Shown here: positions 16,143-23,571 of the stretch, in pieces
How the letters are laid out: each line of letters begins with the position of its first letter
Position numbering within the stretch: the stretch's first letter is position 1
From: a virus
DNA length: 59,551 bases
Strand: one strand, 5' to 3'
IMG/VR virus record: IMGVR_UViG_3300031991_000010
Location: 1-59,551 of that record
The notes under the pieces: model-generated
Seen by the model: the letters and a program-made list of their open reading frames with translations, nothing else
Told to the model about the DNA's origin: nothing
Databases searched by the model: none
Program-made: the position numbers and the translations under genes

Positions 16143-17696
16143 CTAGTCCATCGCCAGAAGCTCTTCGATCTCTGCGCGCGTCATGCCGCTGCCGATGTGG
16201 ATCGAACGCACGACTTCGTTCGCGGGGTTCTCGACGTCGGCCGCGAGGAATGTCGCCATGCCGCCGCGATCCACGCGCGCGCCGATGCGCACCTGCGCCA
16301 AGCCTGCGGCCTGCGGCTCGATATCTTTCAAAATCAAACGCCGCACGTGACGGTTGCCTGACACGTCGTCGCGCTCGCCCTCATAGAAATCGATAACAGC
16401 GGTGCGCTGATCGTCGACCGCCGTGGTGACGATCTTCGATCCGTCGCGCTCAAGAGGGGTGTTGGTTTTCAGGAGCTTCACCATCACGCCGTCAGCGTCA
16501 GCAAAGCCGATGGAGTGGGTGAGACGTTCGTTCAGTGCGAGGTTCTTGATCGTGCCTTGTTCTGCCGCGCCCATCATGGCTGCGCCGTTGGCGACGGCAA
16601 TGTCGAACGGGATATCGCTGCGGCCAGGCTTGCCGAAGATGCTCTCGACGGCGCGCATGATAAGCGGCATCGACGTCATGCCGCCGATCAAGATCACGTC
16701 GTCGATTTCCTCGGGCGTGATCTTGGCCTTGCGCATAGCCGCTTCGCACGGCTCGACGGTGCGCTCGACGAGATCGGCGACGATGCTCTCGAACTCCTCG
16801 CGCGTCAGTGTCTCGCTCAACGTCGCCGTTTCAAGCTGGCCGGCGTCAGAGAGATTTTGCAGAATGATGTTGTGCGTCTCGGTAGAGGAGAGCGCTTCCT
16901 TGGCTTGCTCGACGGCCTCGTGCAGACGTTGCAGGGAAAGGCGGTTGCCGCGCACGTCGAGGCCGGTCTTCTCGTGCAGGCGCGCGATCATCAGTTCGAC
17001 GATGCGCTTGTCGAAATCCATGCCGCCGAGAAACTGATCGCCATCCCACGCGAGTACGTCGAAACCTTTCTTCTTCACTCGCATGATGGTGACGTCGAAT
17101 GTGCCGCCGCCGAAATCGTAAACGGCCACGGTGCGGCCGACGTCGCTCGACATGCCCCACGCCAGCGCCGCCGCCGAGGGCTCGGCCAACGTCTTCACGA
17201 CAGTCATACCGCCGAGCTTCACGGCGCTGACCATCTTCTGCGTCTGGTGCGGATCGAAGAACGCCGGCACCGTGAGGATGCAATGCGTCACGGGCTCGCC
17301 GAGGAACTTCTCGGCGTCGGCCTTCATCCTGCCAACCACCTCGCCGAGCACCGCCTCGGGGGAAATCAGCGTGTTCTCGGGGCCGACAAGGTACGCCTCG
17401 CCATTCGGACCCTCGGCAATGTCGAACGGCGCAAGCTCAATCATTTCCTGCACGAGCGGATCATCGAAGCGCCGACCGACAAGGCGCTTGGTTCCATAGA
17501 ACGTGAACGCCGAATTGCTCATCGACTGCATGCGCGCGATATGGCCGACAAGCGGCGCGCCGCGACCGCTCTCGGGGTAGGCGACAACGGTCGGCGTGAC
17601 GCGACGCTGCGCGTCGTTAGCCGGCGGGACGATCACTGATCCGCCCGTGCGCATGACTGCCATGCATGAGTTGGAAGTGCCGACATCTAGACCCAC
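16143..17696 (-). CDS. Hsp70/DnaK-family ATPase lacking the helical lid
   Basis: DVGTSNS, ILTVPAFFDPHQTQ...AEPSAAALAWG, VYDFGGGTFDVTI, GDQFLGGMDFD, ILIGGMTSMP. SBD-beta LNERLTHSIGF...FYEGER...IEPQAAGLAQVRIG. Ends at ...MTRAEIEELLAMD. The true start may be a non-canonical ATC at 17708. Confidence 0.9.
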   Translation of the reverse strand: MGLDVGTSNSCMAVMRTGGSVIVPPANDAQRRVTPTVVAYPESGRGAPLVGHIARMQSMSNSAFTFYGTKRLVGRRFDDPLVQEMIELAPFDIAEGPNGEAYLVGPENTLISPEAVLGEVVGRMKADAEKFLGEPVTHCILTVPAFFDPHQTQKMVSAVKLGGMTVVKTLAEPSAAALAWGMSSDVGRTVAVYDFGGGTFDVTIMRVKKKGFDVLAWDGDQFLGGMDFDKRIVELMIARLHEKTGLDVRGNRLSLQRLHEAVEQAKEALSSTETHNIILQNLSDAGQLETATLSETLTREEFESIVADLVERTVEPCEAAMRKAKITPEEIDDVILIGGMTSMPLIMRAVESIFGKPGRSDIPFDIAVANGAAMMGAAEQGTIKNLALNERLTHSIGFADADGVMVKLLKTNTPLERDGSKIVTTAVDDQRTAVIDFYEGERDDVSGNRHVRRLILKDIEPQAAGLAQVRIGARVDRGGMATFLAADVENPANEVVRSIHIGSGMTRAEIEELLAMD

Positions 17697-17720
17697 AATT
17701 TTCGGGATGGTCGCCTCCTA

Positions 17721-18842
17721 TTATTCAGTCGGTGGATCGCCAACGGGCGGTTCAGGGGGTTGCGGGGGCTCGGGAGGTTCCGGCGGATCAGCCTGCGGCT
17801 TGGGATCGTTGATGATGCCAAGCTCTTCAGCATCCCACGCGGCAAGCTCCTCATCCGTCGCCGGCCGCACGCGCACCTGATTCGGGCGTGGGCGCGGTTT
17901 CGGCTTGGGTGGTATTGGCGTTTCCACGATCACGATCTTTGCCGGCGCGACGCGCATGTCGAGCGCGGCCAGAAGGCCGAGCGTGAAGAGGGGTGCGCCG
18001 ATGATGATCAGAAGCTCGAACACCGCCGAGCGCGACAGGTCCATGAAGTTCGAGACGTCGCGGCGCTCGAACCCGGTCAGCCGGGACACGAACCCGTCGA
18101 CGGGGCGGGTGTCGGATTTCGTGGCGATGGTGTCGACGTTCGTCGCGCGTGCGCTGTCGAGCGCCTTGACGAGATCAGCCCGCTTGGCCGTGGCAAACGC
18201 CATCGTGTCGCTGCGCGCCTTGGCTGCGGTCTCTGCCGCCGCTGTGCGCTGGCGCACGAGGCGCGACATGCCGGTCGGATAGTTCGCCGGCACCTTGGAA
18301 ATCTGATCGTCGAACAGAGCGAGCGCGCGAGCGCTCTCGGCGTCGATCTTGTCGAGCGCCGCCTTGGTTTCGAGATCATGCGTGTCGAGCGCCGCCTCGG
18401 CCTCGGCGACCGCCGACACGGCGTTGACACCGCTCGTGACCGTCGCGCCCGAGGTGCGCTCATTGGCGTGACTGTAATAGTTGAACGCGCCCACGAGCGA
18501 AAAGCTAAGGAGCATGGCCGCCAGTAGGACGCCGAACCCGCCGATCCACCTGGCGCGCTTCATCATGGCCGCCTGCACCATGACAACGACGAGAAACGAG
18601 CCATAGGTGACGACTGCCGCCGTGTCGTGCGCCAGCCTGGCGTCTTCCGGCGGGAGCCACAGCGCCCATGATTTTTGCTGCGCAGGGAGTACGGCCGCCG
18701 TCAGCGCGAACAGCACCACGGCCAGCCACAAGAGCGAGAAAATGCGCATCAGGAAGGTTGTCGAGATAAAGAAATCCCGCACGACAATCGGGTCGCGCCA
18801 GAACTCGATCCAATACTTCTTCCACAGATTCTCGCGTTCCAT
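17721..18842 (-). CDS. Polytopic membrane protein with coiled-coil region and Pro-rich C-terminal tail
   Basis: 373 aa. About 3 N-terminal TMs, an Ala/Asp-rich helical region, a fourth TM (VFELLIIIGAPLFTLGLLAAL), then PKPKPRPRP...DPPEPPEPPQPPEPPVGDPPTE. Confidence 0.8.
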   Translation of the reverse strand: MERENLWKKYWIEFWRDPIVVRDFFISTTFLMRIFSLLWLAVVLFALTAAVLPAQQKSWALWLPPEDARLAHDTAAVVTYGSFLVVVMVQAAMMKRARWIGGFGVLLAAMLLSFSLVGAFNYYSHANERTSGATVTSGVNAVSAVAEAEAALDTHDLETKAALDKIDAESARALALFDDQISKVPANYPTGMSRLVRQRTAAAETAAKARSDTMAFATAKRADLVKALDSARATNVDTIATKSDTRPVDGFVSRLTGFERRDVSNFMDLSRSAVFELLIIIGAPLFTLGLLAALDMRVAPAKIVIVETPIPPKPKPRPRPNQVRVRPATDEELAAWDAEELGIINDPKPQADPPEPPEPPQPPEPPVGDPPTE

Positions 18843-18851
18843 TGTCAGCCC

Positions 18852-19307
18852 TTAATTGTTCCCGAGGAAGACACGCGAAGCGATATCCGCCGCGTGTCCG
18901 CCGGATTGCGCGCCGGCGCCGAACATGAGCATTCCGACCAACGCTGACACGATCAGAAGTTCTTTCCAGTAGCGCACGAGGAATGACGGCGGCTTGCGTT
19001 GCTCGCTCGCGGCCTCGGCAAACGAGGTGAGGGCGCGCACGAGCGGATCGTCTGCCGCTGCGCGCGGAGGAGGCACGATCACGGGGGTCGCATCCTTGAT
19101 CGCGCGCAGAATTTCGATGTGCCGGTTCGCGGCATCCTGTTTGATCTCGGCGCGAAGCTGGTTAACCGAGCTTCGCAGTTCATTGCTGAGACGATCAACC
19201 GCCGCGCGCGTGTCCCTTTGCGCTTCCGCGACCGCTGTGGTGTGCGCCTCGTTTGCACCGACGCGACCGGCAAGGTCCATCAGATGCTTCATCACATCTT
19301 CGCTCAA
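18852..19307 (-). CDS. Tail-anchored coiled-coil membrane protein (151 aa)
   Basis: TTG at 19307 sits 6 nt after AAGGGG (or ATG at 19292). Helical N-terminal part. C-terminal TM LLIVSALVGMLMFGAGA. Confidence 0.65.
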   Translation of the reverse strand: MSEDVMKHLMDLAGRVGANEAHTTAVAEAQRDTRAAVDRLSNELRSSVNQLRAEIKQDAANRHIEILRAIKDATPVIVPPPRAAADDPLVRALTSFAEAASEQRKPPSFLVRYWKELLIVSALVGMLMFGAGAQSGGHAADIASRVFLGNN

Positions 19308-19325
19308 CGTCAGCCCCTTAGTCCG

Positions 19326-19676
19326 TTAGCCAACCGGAACGCTGGCCCCGTCTGGAATGCCGTCCTTACATCGCGTGAGTCGTTCGGCGTTTACATCGTT
19401 GGCGGTGTTAACCGAGTTGAAGCGCATCTGTATCACGGTCAGCGCCCATGACTGCACGACTTCGTTCGGCGCGCCGGCCGGCGGCTTGGCGGGAACCACG
19501 AACCCTTCCGGCGGCTGCGGCCCGAGCGAGCATTCAGCGGGGAGGGGCTTGGTCTCCTGCGCCACCACTGGCGTCTCGATCAGCACCGGGCGCGTCACCA
19601 CTTCCTTCCGGCTCAATCCCAATGTCCCGCAGGAAGCGGTCAGGATCGACAATGAGAGCGCCACCACGGTTCGCAT
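19326..19676 (-). CDS. o-spanin-like outer-membrane lipoprotein (Rz1-like), overlapping the preceding gene out of frame
   Basis: MRTVVALSLSILTASCG lipobox and a Pro-rich mature part. The start lies 143 nt inside 19534..20355. Confidence 0.65.
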   Translation of the reverse strand: MRTVVALSLSILTASCGTLGLSRKEVVTRPVLIETPVVAQETKPLPAECSLGPQPPEGFVVPAKPPAGAPNEVVQSWALTVIQMRFNSVNTANDVNAERLTRCKDGIPDGASVPVG

Positions 19677-20355
19677 TTGCCTCAAGCTCCTTCTGTTTTT
19701 CCCGGCCTGAACGGATGCGCAAACCCTCGGCGCGCCCGCGCTTGAATGTCTCGGCCTCGCTGGCGATTGCCGCCTTTTGCTGCCGTGTGATTGTCTCGTT
19801 TGCCTGCGCCAGCGCCGAACGCAAGCCGCGCTCGGCCTCTTCCCACCCTCGGTTGGCGTTGACGGCGACCGCACTGTTTGCGCGCGCAAGCTCCAACGCC
19901 CTTTCGAGAGAGGGGATGGTGATGATCCGCATCCACAGCGCCCACGCGAGCACCGCCGCGAAGATCGCCAGGCCGGCGAGCGTCAGCCACACGGGCGTGA
20001 GGAAGGTCGATGGCGCAAACAGGGTGGTCGGCCGAGCCGCCATGACTCCCTGTAGCTGGCCCATTTCGCTGTTCACCTCGACGGTCTTCTTCTTCATCGA
20101 CAGATGAATGAAGCGGGTGAGGTAGCTGATCGACTTGCGCCAGGCGTCGAGGCTCGTGAGATACCACGCGCGCACGGGCGGGAAGACGAGCGACAAACGC
20201 CACAGGAAGAACAGCGCAATCACGGTGGCGAAAACGACGAACCACACACCCTTGATCGCAAGGAAACCGACCCCGAGCACAGCCAAGATCATGTAAACTT
20301 CATTGCCGAACCCATCGGCGAAGCTCTTTTCACTGGTGATCGGTTCTTCTTCCAC
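19534..20355 (-). CDS. Membrane protein with C-terminal i-spanin-like coiled coil (possible holin/i-spanin composite)
   Basis: 273 aa. Two N-terminal TMs, an internal Met (MKKKTVEV...) followed by a third TM, and the coiled coil ERALELARANS...ANETITRQQKAAIASEAETFKRGRAEG. Confidence 0.6.
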   Translation of the reverse strand: MEEEPITSEKSFADGFGNEVYMILAVLGVGFLAIKGVWFVVFATVIALFFLWRLSLVFPPVRAWYLTSLDAWRKSISYLTRFIHLSMKKKTVEVNSEMGQLQGVMAARPTTLFAPSTFLTPVWLTLAGLAIFAAVLAWALWMRIITIPSLERALELARANSAVAVNANRGWEEAERGLRSALAQANETITRQQKAAIASEAETFKRGRAEGLRIRSGREKQKELEANANRGGALIVDPDRFLRDIGIEPEGSGDAPGADRDASGGAGDQAPPR

Positions 20356-20366
20356 GGCCTTGCCCC

Positions 20367-21080
20367 TTATTTTTCCGGCCAGCCCGCCAGCGTGTCATAC
20401 GCATAGATTTCCTCGACTGTCTTCAGTTCGAGAACTTCCATTTCCTTCCGCACGCGCACGTCCTCAAACGGCGCGGCGCTTGAAGCAAGCTCGCCAAATT
20501 GCTCGGCCTCCAGCATCGCGTCGCGCTTTGCCTCGGGCGAGGTGGCAGGATCGTTGATGATCGCCGTAAGTTCCGCCGCGCGCCGCAAGGTGAGGGACGT
20601 GATGCCGCTACGCCGCATCATTTCGGCGGCAATCCGCTGGCGCAGGATTGCACGCATAGCGCCAATATCCGGCGCGGCGACAAGCTCGGCGTCAAGTCGA
20701 GGAGGGGGTTCGGCTACGTCTGGCGCCGCTGTCGCGGCAACATCGAAAGCCACAGGCGGCAAATTAGGGGCGGGCGTATCGCCCGCCGCATCCGCGAGCG
20801 CGGGTTCAATCGGGAGGGGAGTGGCGGTGTCGACGTGCGGTTCTGGTCGCACCCACACAGGCGCGGCGGGTGCCGACACAGGCGCGGCGGGTGTCATCGC
20901 CGCTAGTTCTCGCGCAATGCGCGCCAGGTCATCGGCCAGCGAAGCGTAGTCCGCGCGCGCGCCAGAGTGCCGCGTGCCCGAGTGGTCGCCGGCGATGCAC
21001 CAGAAGCCGCCCTCCTCGCGCACCGTGACGCCAGTCCAGCCGTCGCCGAGACGGACAAGCACTTCGTCGAAGACGCTCAT
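20367..21080 (-). CDS. Hypothetical protein (237 aa)
   Basis: ATGA coupling with the upstream gene. Ala/Pro-rich middle section. Confidence 0.65.
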   Translation of the reverse strand: MSVFDEVLVRLGDGWTGVTVREEGGFWCIAGDHSGTRHSGARADYASLADDLARIARELAAMTPAAPVSAPAAPVWVRPEPHVDTATPLPIEPALADAAGDTPAPNLPPVAFDVAATAAPDVAEPPPRLDAELVAAPDIGAMRAILRQRIAAEMMRRSGITSLTLRRAAELTAIINDPATSPEAKRDAMLEAEQFGELASSAAPFEDVRVRKEMEVLELKTVEEIYAYDTLAGWPEK

Positions 21081-21289
21081 GGCGCGTCCCCATCCGCGAC
21101 GGGCGCAACAAATGGCTCTCGGATCAGTTCAGGAAACGGGCACGGCTCTTCGCTCAACCACTCGCGGATGTACGTGCCGCGCCCGTCGCCGTCGTTTTGC
21201 AAAACAAAGTCACCCGGCTTCGGAAAGCCCGGCGTCGGCACAAAGCCGAGATCGCGGAGACGTTGCGACAGGCTCACTTCTTCAGTCAC
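21077..21289 (-). CDS. Hypothetical small protein (70 aa)
   Basis: ORF directly downstream of the tailspike gene. Confidence 0.55.
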   Translation of the reverse strand: MTEEVSLSQRLRDLGFVPTPGFPKPGDFVLQNDGDGRGTYIREWLSEEPCPFPELIREPFVAPVADGDAP

Positions 21290-21298
21290 GGGTGCCTC

Positions 21299-23092
21299 CT
21301 AAAATTCATATGCCTCGACCCACGTGGTATCAGTGGTGGCGTCAATCGTGCCCGTCGTGGAGACGGTCGTGTCCGCGAAGATAAAGGGCTCGTAGTAGTC
21401 GGTTCCGTTCCCGACAACCGTACACTCCGCCTGCACAATCGTACCGCCAGCGATCGATGAAAACAGCGGCGTCCCCTGACGCGTGTTGCTTCCATTCTTC
21501 CGCCACGCGCACGACGTCACGACGTCGGCTTGTGTGTTCGTGGTCAAATAGGCGCTGAAGAACAACCTCACGCGCTTGCCGACTCCCGGCGTGATGCGCT
21601 TGTTCGTCGCATCCCACAGCGTGTCGGTGTTTTTCACGATGGTGTCGTACAGCACTTTTGTCCATGTGCCGTCAGCCACGCTCCCTTGGTTGGCGGCCAG
21701 CGTGACGATGCAGTGACCGCCGCTGCTCAATACAACATTGGTCGATGTGGCGTTGTCGTCTTTGACCCTCTCCGTGACGTTGGTCCACTTGTTGTGGCCG
21801 ACCACGTTGTTGACGGAGCCTGACTTAAACCAGATGCCGCGTCGAAACGTGTCGCCGCCAGCGCCGAATTTATTGCCTTCGATTATAGCTCCCGAGATCG
21901 CATCGTTGATGACGATTGCGTCTTTGTGGCCGGTGTGGCTTTCGCTGTAGAAAATGTTGTCCCTGACAATGCCGCCGTCCAATGCCGAAAAGCTGGAGCC
22001 GATCAGGATGCCCGTGGCAACAGCCGGCAGTGTGTAGATGCCGATGCCACTGAGATCGATGCGGTTGTCGCCAATCATCGGATGGCGGGCGTTGATGTAC
22101 ATGCCGCTCTCGCTACACTGCATGTAGTTGCCGAAGACTTGCACAAGATCGCTCGCCACTTCCACGTCGAGACAACGGCTCATGCCGACCCATGAATTGT
22201 CTCTGAACGACACGCCGCCGAGGCTGACGTTGCCGCTAAATTGCAAGCCATTGAGCGCGCCGATGAAGCTGTTGCCCGAGAAGAAGAAGACGTTGGGGTT
22301 CGAGGTGTCTGCGTTAACGGTGAAAAGTCGAACGCCGAGACGTTGCGTTCCCTGACTGTTGAACGTCGAGCCGTGACATTGAAGTTGCGACGGGTTCCGC
22401 GCGTAAACCTGCTGCGCCCATCCGCCGAAGCAGTCCGAAAGGTTCGCCGTAGGAACTGAGCCTACATAAGAACGATGAAGGCTAAGAGTGTCGCCCGAGC
22501 CTGTGAGAAAAGTCGTCGGCCAACGCGCGTCGACTGCCGTCCCGCCAAGTGTGCGGCTACCGGGCGAAGCGAGAAACTGAAGCGCAACACCTTCGATGTG
22601 CAGGGTAGGTTGGTGGGTGGTGGCGACGAATTGTAATCCGTTCAGTCCGGCCGCTCCCGCCCAACGCAACCTGGAACCCGTCATCGACGAACCGATGATG
22701 GTCAGCGATTTGTTCGTGCAGGTGAGCGTTTCCGTCAGTTTGTAGGTGCCGCGAGGCGCATAGATGACGGGATTTGGAAATGCGTCGATAGCCGCCTGAA
22801 ATGCCGCCGTGTCATCGGCGGTATCGTCGCCGACTGCGCCAAACCGATGGACGTCGTACTGCGCAAGGCCACGCGCCGTAAGCCCCGTCAGGATAGCCAG
22901 CGCGTCGGCGTTCGCAGCGTTCAGCACAGATCGACCGAACGATGTACTATCCACCTCTGACACCGTGTCGGTGCCAGTCGCGTAGGACATTTTGCCTGGC
23001 GCAGTGAGCGTGCCCGCAAGCGCGAGGATCGTGGTGTCAGCGGCGGCGACGCCGGTGATCATGGATGCGGGGATTTTCTGAAGGTCTGTCAT
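21299..23092 (-). CDS. Tailspike/depolymerase with pectate-lyase-like right-handed beta-helix
   Basis: DVHRFGAVGDDTADDTAAFQAAIDA signature followed by a repetitive beta-helix-like sequence. Confidence 0.75.
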   Translation of the reverse strand: MTDLQKIPASMITGVAAADTTILALAGTLTAPGKMSYATGTDTVSEVDSTSFGRSVLNAANADALAILTGLTARGLAQYDVHRFGAVGDDTADDTAAFQAAIDAFPNPVIYAPRGTYKLTETLTCTNKSLTIIGSSMTGSRLRWAGAAGLNGLQFVATTHQPTLHIEGVALQFLASPGSRTLGGTAVDARWPTTFLTGSGDTLSLHRSYVGSVPTANLSDCFGGWAQQVYARNPSQLQCHGSTFNSQGTQRLGVRLFTVNADTSNPNVFFFSGNSFIGALNGLQFSGNVSLGGVSFRDNSWVGMSRCLDVEVASDLVQVFGNYMQCSESGMYINARHPMIGDNRIDLSGIGIYTLPAVATGILIGSSFSALDGGIVRDNIFYSESHTGHKDAIVINDAISGAIIEGNKFGAGGDTFRRGIWFKSGSVNNVVGHNKWTNVTERVKDDNATSTNVVLSSGGHCIVTLAANQGSVADGTWTKVLYDTIVKNTDTLWDATNKRITPGVGKRVRLFFSAYLTTNTQADVVTSCAWRKNGSNTRQGTPLFSSIAGGTIVQAECTVVGNGTDYYEPFIFADTTVSTTGTIDATTDTTWVEAYEF

Positions 23093-23571
23093 TAGATTGC
23101 CCGCAACTGCCCGACATAGGCGTCCCTTGCTGTTTCTACATCCGCCTGCGTGGTCGCGGCGTTGATGGCGTTCTGTCCAGCTTGGCGCAGCTGTTCAGTC
23201 GCAGCGCCGATCTGTATCCAAGCCGCAGCCGATGCGATCACGGCGTCCGCTTCCGCGCTCACGCTGCGTCCCTGTCCCGCAGCCGAAGCCGCAAGGATGG
23301 GATAGGCGCTCGCATCAGATGGCCTGCCCGCTGCGATGTACGCCTGCGCGTCGATGCGCTTCTGGTCGTAGATCATCGACTGGTAAGCCGTCTCTGGCGT
23401 GGCGTACTTCTGGCGTGCTGCGGAGACGGCTGAGCGGAGTTGCGCCAGCGCCTTGGTCTTGTGCTGCGTGAGCGGCACGTAGAGTTCCACCGGGCCGTCC
23501 ACGTATTCGTCTGTCGATACGCCAGTGATGGCGATGATGTTGCCGTCGTTGTCGCGCTGAATGTATGGCAT
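23092..23571 (-). CDS. Hypothetical tail-fibre-associated protein (159 aa)
   Basis: Coupled to both flanking tail genes. Ala-rich helical C-terminus. Confidence 0.6.
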   Translation of the reverse strand: MPYIQRDNDGNIIAITGVSTDEYVDGPVELYVPLTQHKTKALAQLRSAVSAARQKYATPETAYQSMIYDQKRIDAQAYIAAGRPSDASAYPILAASAAGQGRSVSAEADAVIASAAAWIQIGAATEQLRQAGQNAINAATTQADVETARDAYVGQLRAI

